64,000 nucleotides of DNA from Eledone cirrhosa (taxonomy: Eukaryota), in NCBI GenBank assembly GCA_964016885.1, contig OZ024744.1:111352001-111416000 (forward strand), read 5' to 3'. A model generated the notes under the pieces. That model saw nothing but the letters and a program-made list of their open reading frames with translations. It had not been told where the DNA came from and did not search any database. Below are positions 38,319 to 50,975 of the stretch, piece by piece; position 1 is the stretch's first letter; every line of letters starts with the position of its first letter. A program made the translations under genes and the position numbers.

Positions 38319-41300
38319 AATAACTTATACAGAAACAGTCACAAATAATAATAACGTTACCTCTAACTCCGCATGTATTGGCGTCACCATGGAAACCAAT
38401 ATGGACAACAAAAATAAAAACAAGATCGAACCACTCATAGTACAACAGACGGAAAAAACAACAGAAAATAAAATCATTGACACAACTACAAACGGAAAAA
38501 CCGACAACCACAACAACAACAACAACATCAAAAAAACTTTTGCGCAAACAGTCATCAAGACACAAGAATTCAAGGATCTCGATATCTCCAATGCGAAACA
38601 GATGCTCTCTGAAGCAAAGGAATTTATCACTTTCGGTGAAAACGGTGGATTTCAGATAAACTCACCCCCAGAAATTCGTTTGGAAACATTTCGAAGGACA
38701 ATTACCTTCAGAAATGTTTCAAATGAAACAAAACGACCAACATTCCTCAGTCAAGGGAAAATTGAGACAACCTTGAAAGAGATATTGCCAGACATTGATT
38801 TTATGCAGAGGGCCAAACAGTACGGTACTCCTCAAAAGCGAGGCCCTTGCACAAAGATATTCAGTGACGCCAATATTGTCACAAAAATACACCTTTTTCC
38901 CTACATACCTGGGAAAAAGGACACAAGAAATTAGAGTTTCAAACATACCACCAAATATTAATATTTGGTGGATATTGGCAGGATTTTTAGAGGCGAGAAA
39001 ATACACTATTATCTCCATCAAAAGTCAACCAGACACACCCGGTCTGGTACAAATTTGGCGATTCTGGTGCAAATGAGCCCGGAAAGAATCTCCAAAATAC
39101 CAGAAAAAGTGCTGGTGGACAACAACAGCCACATAAACATTTCGGTGGAGGGACGAAAATCACATTGCTTTCGTTGCAATAGCACCACACACCTAAAGGC
39201 CTTCTGCCCTTTACAACACGCTCAACCAAAACAATACATAAGAAAAACTGTTACCAACACCAACACCAAAACAACCACCACCACAACAACAACAACTCAC
39301 GAAAGAAGCAAACACACCAAAACAAACAGCCACACAACCAACAACAACTGAAAAAACACAGCAACGCGCCTAAGAACACAGCCCCACCCATCCCACTCCA
39401 TCAAACACTACCACAAACACACACACCGAAACACCACCACCACACAACATACCCCTACCCCACACTCCTGACGATGATAATTCATCGACGGATGAAGCTG
39501 CTTCTCCTTCTTTAAGTGGAAAAGAGGGAGAGCCGCGGAAATCTAAAAAACAAAAAAAAGAGATACCACAAAACCCCCAAAACTCCAATCACAAACACCA
39601 ACACACAACCACAGAAACAAACAACAACACAAACAACATCACAGTCAAACATCCCCCTACCAGCAAAACCAACACCAACACCACCCCAAACACAACCACC
39701 CACCATAAAAAGCAAACTCCCGGATGAACAACAAACTAAAACAACACAACAAAAACACAAACAACAATACGCATACATCAACTCAAACAACAAGAGTTTG
39801 ATGGAGGTCATCTCCCAAAACCCCAAGGTGGAGACGGAGGGCAAAACTTTCGTCAAGGCAGAATCGTCTCCACACCTTAAACTTATAAGGGTTTCTATGG
39901 AAACCTATAAAGACCTAAAAATTAAATTTTCACAGAACGTGGGCAACCCCTGCCACAAACCCATCAACCGCGTTCTGTTGAAAGGTTTCCCCACCCCACC
40001 CAACACCCCATCCAGCACCCAAATGGAGATTGAACAACCTGATCTCCAGGAAACGAAAAGGTAAGTGCACCTTTCGTCCTTTTTCTCCAACTTTTCTTCA
40101 CCAACATGGCTGGTTTACGAGTTGGAGCCGTGAATGTGCGTGGCCTAGGGATGCCCTGGAAACAGGGCAACTTTTAAACGACCTTAGGTCACACAGTATA
40201 GATGTGATAGCCATTATCGAGTCCAGGATCCACAACAGGCAGCAACTAACCCCCATTTTCGACGACTTTGAGATCTACGCATCTCTCTGTCAGCCAGGAG
40301 GTGGAGGTGGAGTGGCTGTTATGTTTCGGAAGAACCTGGACGTCGGAGTACAGCAAGTACACTTGGACCCGGAGGTTAGACTGGTAGTCCTAGACGTGAA
40401 CAGTATCGGAGGTGGAGCCTTCAGACTGGTGGCCGTTTATGCCCCGACCGGGCAATCGCAATCACGGCCAGACTTCTTTAAGCGTCTAGAGTCTTTTCTG
40501 GGAACGTCTCGCTCCTTACTTTTAGTGGGGGACTGGAATGGTATCCTAGATGCACGATGGGACTATGTGGGAGCATGTCCCAGTAGAGCGGGGTGCAACA
40601 GCCTCAAAACTTTAATCGGCCAATTCCAACTGGCCGATAGGTATCGACTGGATTTCCCGACTGCACCACAGTGGACGTGGGTAAACCGCAGTGGGACATC
40701 TAGATCGTATTTAGATAGGTTCTTCATTAGAGAAAGGGACAAGGAGATGTTAAGCTGAACACGAATGCACATGGTTGACTATTCAGATCACAAGTTAGTC
40801 GTCTGCTTAGTCAACCGTGATAGAATACATAGACAAGGACCCGGATACTGGAAGCTGAACGTGTTGTTGCCGGCACGTAAAGCTTACAGTGAACGGATAA
40901 GTAGACTAGTCAAGCAACAGTTAACGGGAGCCATCGTCAACAATAAATGGTGGTACTCTCTCAAGAAAGCAATTAGAATAGAATCGATAGGGTATAGCAG
41001 AGAGTTAGCCTTAGAGAAAAACAGAATAGAAAGAGAACTAGTAGCCAAGGTAGAGGAGGCACTTAGAAGTGTCAACCCGGCTAGAGTGTTAGCGTCGAGA
41101 ACGGCACTGGACCAGTTTTTCGATGCGAAACACGAAGGCTGCGTGGTCAGAAGCAAAACACGTGCTCTAGGAAACGAAGGAGCGAAAGCTGTCAGCTGGG
41201 CCCGAGTGGCGGAGGCAAAAAGTGGCAACAAGTCCACGATTCGGTCTTTGAAAGACCAAAACTTTGCGCGACTGTTTGAGCAGAACGACGGTGAGCTGAA

Positions 41301-43755
41301 CGGGGCAATGGACTTTAGTTCATAACTCGACGGCCTGCCGCGTCTCTCGAACATGGACGCCGAGTTCTGCGAAAGACCGATCACGGACACTGAGATACGG
41401 GACGCTCTGGGCCGCTGCGGGAAACGCAAGTCACCCGGTCTAGATGGTCTACTCTACGAATTTTACATAGGCTTGCCGGACTTGTTCTCTGGCGTCCTCG
41501 AAGCCGTCTACTGCAATTGGCAGCAGAACGGGAGAATTCCCAGTTCTGCAGGCAAGGGCGTAATAACGCTGATCAGGAAAGAGGAGAATAAGGGGGAGGA
41601 AATTAACAACTTCAGGCCCATAACTCTGCTCAACACAGAGTTAAAGATTTTGGCCAAGGTGCTAGCGACGAGGTTGGTGCTTGTCGTCGAAAACCTGGTA
41701 GGGAAAGCGCAAACGTGTGCAATCCCGACCAGGTCCATACACGACAACCTCCACTTCAAGCGATACATCATAGAGAGGATGGGTAGTAAACCCGGCTTCG
41801 GTGGGGCTCTGATCAACTTGGATCAGTCTAAGGCATTCGATAGGGTCGACCATCGATACTTGGAAGCGGTTCTCAAGGCGGCCGGTTTCGGTCCCGTGTT
41901 CAGAGGATGGATCGAGGCGATGCACACCAGCATCTGCTCGATGGTCAACGTGAACGGCTACCTATCGGAGCCGTTCGCAATCGCGCGTTCAATTCGACAG
42001 GTGTGCCCTCTCTCCTCCATTCTGTATGTATTGACTCTAGAGCCACTACTGCGGAAATTGGAGCTGTTGCAGGGCATCCCCCAAGAACTGGGACTGCGCA
42101 AAGCGGCGTCGGCTTATGCCGACGACATAACGGTAATGGTGTCGAGCACCTCGGAAATCGGGGTGATCGGCAACTTACTGAAAGAATACAAAACGCTGAC
42201 AGGAGCAAAACTAAACCCGGACAAGTCTGTCGGTTTGCAACTCGGTACGTGGAGAGACAAACCGATGACGTCCGACAGCGTCGTTGGACGCTGGACGGAG
42301 GGACCGGTGACATTGCTCGGCATCTGGTTCGGTCCAGACCTCCAGGTGGAGAAAAACTGGAACGAGGTCACGGCCAAGGTGTTTGCATTCAACCAGAAGT
42401 GGGCAGAGTGCAAACTGTCCTTGAAAGGTCGAGCGGAGGTGGCGAACACTTTCATAGCGTCCGTCATCTACTACCGCTTGACTGTCGTGCCTTGTCCCCG
42501 TGAACACCTCGCCAAGGTGGAACGCATGCTCTTCCAGTTTCTGTGGAAGAAGCAGGCTCCGCTGGTGAGGAGATCCGTCTGCTGTCAGCACCCTTCCAAC
42601 GGAGGGCTGGGAATGCCGTGGCTGATGATGCGCAAACATGCGCTGAGGCTGCGGCATCTCCAGGTATTCCTCACCGACCCCCAACCGGTGTGGGTACCGT
42701 TTGTGAGACAGGCTTTCCCACAGCTCGTCTCGCTGACGGAACTGCAGTCCTGGGTGAAGAAAAGACCGAAAACGATGGGCGCCTGGCACATTGAATGCGC
42801 TCAGGTGCTCACAGTCCTCTGGCAAGCGGGCGCAGCAATCAGTGGAGACTCCACTTCGACATTCTATAGAGGGATTGTACGTTACAAGGGCGACGACATG
42901 CTCGGAGAGACTCTGGGCGTCGAAGACGATGAGCTCACCAGTCTATTTGGTAGGACTTTCCGCCCGGGACCTATGGACAACTTCCAGAGGTCCCTGGCCT
43001 GGCAGTGCTACCGAGGAGCTCTACCGGTTCGTGACAAGATCTACAGGCACGGATGCCCTGGCAGGAATCCTTCCAAGAGGACGTGTCCAAGGTGCGCGCA
43101 GGACATTGAAACAGTCCTGCACGCAATTGTACACTGCCCGTGTATAACCGACGTGTGGAACTATGCAGAACAACTGCTGTCGCGTATGGGACAAATACAG
43201 TTGACTGCCGAGTCCATTGTAGGGATCAAACCGCCAGCCTCTTTCAAAAACGAAAGAGAGGCGGTTTTCCTCTGTACGGTGGCTATGGTGAAAGAAGTTA
43301 TATGGTGGACGAGGTTGAGAGGACTGAGGACAGATGCCTTTCTCTCCGGACAACAATTGATTCCCTTCTTTAAGTATCACTTTAGAAGGAGAATCAGGGT
43401 GGGGAGAGAGGCACTGCACCCCAGTAAATTTACTGAAAGGTGGGTGAATGAAGCGAAAATGGCCCGAGTGATTGGGCCTTCTCTGTTTATAAGCCTGTAG
43501 GTTGAGGAAGAGAGAAAAGGCAAGAAAGGAGCACTTGCACAACACGCTCCTGAAGTTGAGGGTTGTTCTATCGACGAGGTATTAAACAACCCATTTGTGG
43601 CGCCTCCCCCCTATTGGGGATTTCGATTGTTGAAATTGTTTGTTTTTATATTTTTTACACGACTGTATGTAAAATCCCCGGCATGTCTTTGTATTGTCCC
43701 CTTTTCTTGTGCGCCCTTGTGGCTAATAAAGAAATATATCTATCTATCTCTATCT
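37835..43755 (+). mobile_element. Tx1/L1-clade element T4, full length
   Basis: ORF1 fragments ~38069-40064 (CFRCNSTTHLKAFC); ORF2 ~40106-43500; CTAT tail. Confidence 0.93.
41353..43500 (+). CDS. Longest open part of T4 ORF2: RT plus C-terminal zinc-finger domain (715 aa; upstream APE part disrupted)
   Basis: KSPGLDGL, NFRPITLLN, LDQSKAFDRVDH, AYADD, CPRCAQDIETVLHAIVHC. Confidence 0.85.
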   Translation: MDAEFCERPITDTEIRDALGRCGKRKSPGLDGLLYEFYIGLPDLFSGVLEAVYCNWQQNGRIPSSAGKGVITLIRKEENKGEEINNFRPITLLNTELKILAKVLATRLVLVVENLVGKAQTCAIPTRSIHDNLHFKRYIIERMGSKPGFGGALINLDQSKAFDRVDHRYLEAVLKAAGFGPVFRGWIEAMHTSICSMVNVNGYLSEPFAIARSIRQVCPLSSILYVLTLEPLLRKLELLQGIPQELGLRKAASAYADDITVMVSSTSEIGVIGNLLKEYKTLTGAKLNPDKSVGLQLGTWRDKPMTSDSVVGRWTEGPVTLLGIWFGPDLQVEKNWNEVTAKVFAFNQKWAECKLSLKGRAEVANTFIASVIYYRLTVVPCPREHLAKVERMLFQFLWKKQAPLVRRSVCCQHPSNGGLGMPWLMMRKHALRLRHLQVFLTDPQPVWVPFVRQAFPQLVSLTELQSWVKKRPKTMGAWHIECAQVLTVLWQAGAAISGDSTSTFYRGIVRYKGDDMLGETLGVEDDELTSLFGRTFRPGPMDNFQRSLAWQCYRGALPVRDKIYRHGCPGRNPSKRTCPRCAQDIETVLHAIVHCPCITDVWNYAEQLLSRMGQIQLTAESIVGIKPPASFKNEREAVFLCTVAMVKEVIWWTRLRGLRTDAFLSGQQLIPFFKYHFRRRIRVGREALHPSKFTERWVNEAKMARVIGPSLFISL

Positions 43756-46700
43756 GGGATGGACACATGTGTTAAACTTGCTCGGTAAGTTTTGTTTAAA
43801 TTTCCTTAGAAATTCGTCATTGTGAACTTTTATTTTTAGACCAATTTGTAGCGGGACTGGCAGGCCAAATTTAGATCTGGTCAGTCCCCCAAAATATCGT
43901 GCCCCTCAGAGCAAAAACACCCATATTTCCGAAAACATTTTTACAAAACACTTCATTTTTAAAAAAATGGCCGAAGCAAAGGCACCTACTTCTTTGTCAA
44001 AACAAGAAGATGGGAAGGGAAAGCCATGCCTACTTGACCAGCAGGTAGTAGCAGACATGGACAAAGGAATGCCAACATCATCGCCTCAACATTTAGAAGA
44101 GGAACAAGCTTCAGCTGCTTGTAAGCAACTGAACACGCCTGACGTCACAAACGTCACATGTATCCACACACAGAAGGAAATATATGTAGCAAATACTTCT
44201 TTTCGTAAAGAACTCGAAATCCACACAACAAAAAATGGAAATAACAGCCCACAACAGATACCAAAAAACTATAGAAAATGAAAAAATTGAAAACACATCC
44301 AACAACACCAATCAAAAGGAAAATAATGTCAATACAAACACCAAAGAAAATACAAACAACAGTGACAACAACAACAAGAAAGACAACAACAGCAAAATTT
44401 CTTTTGCTGATACTGTAAAAAAACCGGAAATATTTCAACTTTTGGATTTAACGAACGCGAAACAAAAGTTGGAAGATGCTAAACAATGTGACTTTTGGAC
44501 CCAATGGGTCATTTAGCATAAATTCACCACAAGAACTAAGGAGAGAAAATGCCCTGAACACGGTGGTTTTCAGGACAATCTCAAATGCATAAACAAAACC
44601 AGCTCAACTATCTCAGAGTGAGATTGAGCTGGTTTTAAGGAACCACATGGATAACATTTTATTCATTCAGAAAGCCAAACTTTTCGGCAGCACCTCGGTG
44701 CTGATGAAAGACAAAATAACAGCACAAAAATATTCTATCGCGCCCATTGTGTCCACCCATTTTACATTTTTCCCTACATACATAGGAAAAAGGACGCAAA
44801 AAATAAAAAAATTACATGCATAAGACCCAAAGTAGATATTTGGTGGATACTTTATGGCCTAATTGGCTTTGAACAAGACATTTTGATCTCAGTAGGAAAA
44901 TCCTCCAGAGATATATTTAGTGGGACTAGCGTCGGAATTCTGGTGCAGATGAGCCCAGAACATATAATGAAAATCCCACAAAGAGTACCTCTGGATAGAC
45001 AGACCTACATAAACATTTCCGTTGAGGGTAGGCGGCCCGATTGTTACCACTGCGCAAGCAGAGGTCACCTAAGGGCTGCCTGTCCTCAATTGACAAAAAA
45101 AAACCACTTTTAACCACAAATAACAACACAACCACCACCACCACCACAACAACAACAAAAACAACAAGAAAAAACAACACAGAACACTATCCCACCCAAC
45201 CCCTCTCCACCCAAAACAAATACAAAAACACACACAGACACTACAGAACCCCAAAACATACCCCTACCCATCAACACGGATGAGGAACCTCTATCGACGG
45301 CACCCAGCGGCGATGAGGAGGACCCCTTCCAACCCGCGAAAAGAAAAAAAAGAAAGCACCGCATGAACAAAAACGGAACAAACACACAAACAGCACAAAA
45401 ATCACAAACAAAAGTTCCCCCTCCCGAAAACAAAACACCCACAACAAAGAGAAAACACACGCAGGGACCACAGACAAAAACAAACACAACACAGGAAAAG
45501 TACACATACACTTACATAAACGAAGAAAATAGAACTCTGATGGAGACCATCAAAACAACCCTTTGGTCAAAACCGAAAGGAAAACTTTGGATAGCGTCAA
45601 CAAAAACAAAAAAACGAACCTAAAACTGATCAGGGTCCCTATAGGAACTTATAGGTCCCTAAAAGAAAGAAACATTTGAAGAGGACGTGGCGAATTCCTG
45701 CGTGAAGCTAATCAACCGCGTCCTCTTCAAAGGTCTCCCCACCCCAATCACCCCCAACCCACCAGACACCCCCTTCCCACCAAACACCTCCGTCTCCACC
45801 CCACCAGAAACCACCACCCCACCAAACATACACTCCAACACCCCATAGAAATTGTGCAGCCTGGTCCCCAGGAGACGAAGAGGTGAGTGATTTTTTTTCC
45901 TCTTCTTTTAACTTTTCAGCACCAACATGGTCAATATAAGAGTTGGATGTGTGAATGTACGCGGCCTGGGGATGCCCTGGAAACAGGGCAAACTCTTAAA
46001 CGATCTCAGGTCGCACAGTATAGATGTAGTAGCCATTTGCGAGTCCAGGATCCACAGCGAGCGACAACTGGTCCCCATCTTCGGCGACTTGGAGATCTAC
46101 GCATCTCTCTGTCAGCCGGGAGGTGGGGGCGGGGTTGCTGTTTTGTTGCGGAAACACCTGGACCTCGTAACACAGGCGGTACATCTGGACCCAGAGGGTC
46201 GACTGGTGGTCCTAGACGTTGACGGTAGTGAAGGTGGAGCCTTCAGGCTGGTGGCCACATATGCCCCATCCGGGACCACGCGGCCAGACTTCTTCAAACG
46301 TCTAGAGACTTTTCTGGGAACGTCCCGCTCCTTGCTTTTAGTGGGGAACTGGAATGGAATTCTAGATGCACGTTGGGACTATGTGGGAGCATGTCCCGAT
46401 AAAGGGGTGTGTAACAGCCTCAAACAGTTAATCGGCCGATTTGACCTGGCCGATAGATATCGACTAGATTTTCCGACTGTGCCACTGTGGACGTGGACAA
46501 ATCTCAGCGGAACATCTAGATCGTACCTAGATATGGTTCTAATTAGAAAGAAGGATAGGGACATGTTAAGCTGTCCACAAATGTTCATGGTTGCCTATTC
46601 AGATCACAAATTAGTGACCTGCTTAGTCAACCTTGACAAAACTCATAGACAGGGACACGGCTACTGGAAGCTGAACTTGTCGTTATCGACATGCAAAGCC

Positions 46701-49223
46701 TATAGTAGACGAATTAGCACTTTAATTAAGCAGCTCCTGACGGGGGCCATTGTCAACAACAGATGGTGGTACTCTCTCAAGAGGGCAGTTAGATTAGACT
46801 CGATAGGTTTTAGTAAAGAATTAGTGTCAGATAGAAATAAGATCGAAAAGGAACTTGTAGATAACGTAGAAGAGGCACTTAGGAGTGGCAACATAGCCAG
46901 CGTGCTAGCGACGAGAACGGCCTTGGACCAGTTCTTCGACGCAAAGCATGAAGACTACGTTGTCAGAAGCAAAATACGTGCTCTGGGAAACGAGGGAGCC
47001 AAAGCTGTTAGCTGGGCCCGAGTGACGGAGGCGAAAAGTGGCACGATTCAGTCTTTGAAGGACCAAGACGGACGCGTGATACGTGAGCCGAAGTAGATGT
47101 GCGCGGCCTTTCAGCGGCACTTTGCTCAACTGTTCGGGTAGGGCGGCGCGCCGGGAGGGGCTATGGATTTCGGTCCATGCCTCGACGGCCTACCGCGACT
47201 CTCGGAGAATAAGGGGGATGACATAGGCAACTTCCGGCCCATAACTCTGCTAAACACAGAGTTACAGATTTTGGCCAAGGTGTTGGCAAAGAGGCTGGCG
47301 CTTGTCGTCGAGAACCTGGTGGGAGAAGCGCAGACATGCGCAATGTCGACCAGGTCCATACACGACAACCTCCACCTCATGCGATACATCATAGGGCTCT
47401 GATCAATTTGGATCAGTCTAAGGCTTTCGATAGGGTTGACCATCGTTACCTTGATGCGGTGCTCGAGGTGGCAGGCTTCGGACCCGTGTTCAGGGGTTGG
47501 ATTGCTGGAATACACAGCAGCAACATCTGCTCAAGGGTCAAAGTGAACGGCTACCTCTCGGAGCCGTTCCATATCACGCGATCCATTCGACAGGGATGCC
47601 CTCTCTCCTCCCTTCTGTACGAACTGACTCTCGAGCCACTACTGCGGAGGATGGAGCTATTGCAGGGCTTCCCTTTGGAACCAGGACTGCGGAAAGCGGC
47701 GTCGGCCTACGCCGACGACGCAACAGTAACGGTGTCAAGTACCTCGCAAATCGGGGAGGTCGGCACCTTACTGAAGAAATACGAAAGGTTCACAGGAGCG
47801 AAGCTGAACCGGGACAAATCCGCCGGTTTGCAACTCGGAACGAGGAGAGGCAAACCGATGCCTTCCGATGGCGTCGTCGGACGCTGGACGGAAGGACCGG
47901 TAAAGCTGCTCGGGGTCTGGTTTGGTCCGGACCTCCAGGTGGAGAAGAACTGGAACGAGGTGACTGCCAAGGTGTTTGCGCTCATCCAGAAGTGGGCCGA
48001 GTGCAAACTGTCCTTGAAAGGTCGAGCAGAGGTAGCGAACACTTTTATAGCGTCCGTCATCTACTACTGCTTGGCCGTCGTGCCTTGTCCAGCCAAAACG
48101 CTCACCAAAATGGAGCGCGCGCTCTTCCAATTCCTGAGGATGCCGTGGCTGACGATGCGCAAACACGCGCTCAGGCTGCGGCACCTCCATGTATTCCTCA
48201 CCGGCGAACCGGTGTGGTCCCCGTTCGTGAGGCGAGCCTTCCCACGACTGTTCTCGCTGACCGAGCTGCAGTCGTGGGTCAAGCAAAGACCGAGGAAAAT
48301 GGGCGACTGGCACATCGAATGTGCTCAGGCGCTCACAGTCCTCTGGCAGGCGGATCCGGCGATCAGTGGAGACTCCACTTCGTCATTCTATAGTGGAATG
48401 GTCCGCAGCAAGTGCGACGACGCGCTCGGAAAAACTCTAGGCGTAGAGGAAGACGAACTGGCCAGTCTGTTCGGTAGAACCTTCCGCCCGGGACCGATGG
48501 ACAACTCCCAAAAGTCCCTGGCCTGGCTGTGCTACCGAAGAGCTCTACCAGTTCGAGACAAGCTCTACAGACAGATCTGTCCGAGATGAGTGCACGACGA
48601 GGAAACCGTCGCGCACGCATTTGTACACTGCCCGGGCGTTACCGACCTGTGGGGCTATGTAGAACGTCTATTGTCGCGGGTGGGACCAATCCAGTTGACC
48701 ACCGAGTTCATTGTCATGATCAGCCCGCCACCCTCCTTCAAAAACGAAGGAGAGGCGGTTTTCCTATGTGTTATGGCTATGGTGAAAGAGGTTATATGGT
48801 GGACGAGGTTAAAAGGTCTGAGGTCAGACACCTTTCTCTCCGGCGAACAACTGATTCGTTTTTTCAAATATCATTTTGGAAGAAGAATCAGGATGGAGAG
48901 AGAAGTGCTGTACCCCAGCAAGTTTTATAAAAGGTGGGTGAATGTGGCAAAGATGGCCCGAGTGGTTGGGCCTTCTCTCTACATAAGCCTTTAGGCTGAG
49001 GAAAAAGAGAAGAAAGGAGGGGAGTACTCACTCTTGGTGCTCCTGGAGATGAGGGTTGTACAGTTTTTCGAGGTGTGTACAACCCCTGTGTAACGCCTCC
49101 ACCCTATTGGGGATTTCAATTGTTATTTGTTATTTTATTAATAGTTTTATTTTCATATACCTATATGTAAACTCCCCATTTGTATTTGTCCTCTTCTTTT
49201 GTGCCGTTGTGGCTAATAAATAA

Positions 49224-49286
<63 letters not shown>
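43756..49286 (+). mobile_element. Tx1/L1-clade element T5, full span with internal deletions
   Basis: ORF1 43967-45886 (CYHCASRGHLRAAC); ORF2 45927-48994; long (CTAT)n tail 49223-49286. Confidence 0.92.
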
Positions 49287-49288
<2 letters not shown>

Positions 49289-50975
49289 CGGTGGGGCTCT
49301 GATCAACTTGGATCAGTCTAAGACATTCGATAGGGTCGACCATCGAGACTTGGAAGCGGTTCTCAAGGCAGCCGGTTTCGGTCCCGTGTTCAGAGGATGG
49401 ATCGAGGCGATGCACACCAGCATCTGCTCGAGGGTCAACGTGAACGGCTACCTATCGGAGCCATTCGCAATCACGCGTTCCATTCGACAGGGTTGCCCTC
49501 TCTCCTCCATTCTGTATGTATTGACTCTAGAGCCACTACTGCGGAAATTGGAGCTGTTGCAGGGCTTCCCTCTAGAACCGGGACTGCGCAAAGCGGCGTC
49601 GGCTTATGCCGACGACATAACGGTAATGGTGTCGAGCACCTCGGAAATCGGGGTGATCGGCAACTTACTGAAATAATACGAAACGCTGACGGGAGGAAAA
49701 CTAAACCCGGACAAGTCTGTCGGTTTGAAACTTGGTACGTGGAGAGGCAAACCGATGACGTCCGACAGCGTCGTTGGACGCTGGACGGACGGACCGGTGA
49801 AATTGCTCGGGGTCTGGTTCGGTCCAGACCTCCAGGTGGAGAAAAACTGGAACGAGGTCACGGCCAAGGTGTTTGCACTCACCCAGAAGTGGGCAGAGTG
49901 CAAACTGTCCTTGAAAGGTCGAGCGGAGGTGGCGAATACTTTCATAGCGTCCGTCATCTACTACTGCTTGACTATCGTGCCTTGTCCCCGTGAACACCTC
50001 GCCAAGATGGAACGCATGCTCTTCCAGTTTCTGTGGAAGAAGCAGGCTCCGCTGGTGAGGAGGTCCGTCTGCTGTCAGCACCCTTCCAATGGAGGGCTGG
50101 GAATGCCGTGGCTGATGATGCGCAAACATACGCTGAGGCTGCGGCATCTCCAGGTATTCCTCACCGACCCCCAACCGGTGTGGGCACCGTTTGTGAGACA
50201 GGCTTTCCCACAGCTCGTCTCACTGACGGATCTGCAGGCATGGATCAAGGAAAGACCGAAAACGATGGGCGCCTGGCACATTGAATGCACTCAGGCGCTC
50301 ACAGTCCTCTGGCAAGCGGGCGCAGCAATCAGTGGAGACTCCACTTCGACATTCTATAGAGGGATTGTACGTTATAAGGGCGACGACATGCTCGGAGAGA
50401 GTCTGGGCGTCGAAGAGGATGAGCTCACCAGTCTATTTGGTAGGACTTTCCGCCCGGATAACTTTCCGCTATGGACAACTTCCAGAGGTCCCTGGCCTGG
50501 CAGTGCTACCGAGGAGCTCTATCGGTTCGTGACAAGATCTACAGGCACGGACGCCCCGGCAGGGATCCTTCCAAGAGGACGTGTCCAAGGTGCGCGCAGG
50601 ACATTGAAACAGTCCTGCACGCAATTGTACACTGCCCGGGCGCAACTGACCTGTGGAACTATGCAGAACAACTGCTGTCGCGTATGGGACAAATCCAGTT
50701 GACTGCCGAGTCCATAGTAAGGATCAAACCGCCAGCCTCTTTCAAAAACGAAAGAGAGGCGGTTTTCCTCTGTACGGTGGCTATGGTGAAAGAAGTTATA
50801 TGGTGGACGAGGTTAAGAGGACTGAGGACAGATGCCTTTCTCTCCGGATAACAATTGATTCCCTTCTTTAAGTATCACTTTAGAAGGAGAATCAGGGTGG
50901 AGAGAGAGGCACTGCACCCCAGTAAATTTACTGAAAGGTGGGTGAATGAAGCGAAAATGGCCCGAGTGATTGGGC

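Noticed and set aside
41508-42467. Recurrent antisense ORFs (MIRAPPKPG..., MTDAM...) in several Tx1 copies
   Set aside because: Shadow of the conserved GC-rich ORF2 codon pattern; no independent evidence of coding.
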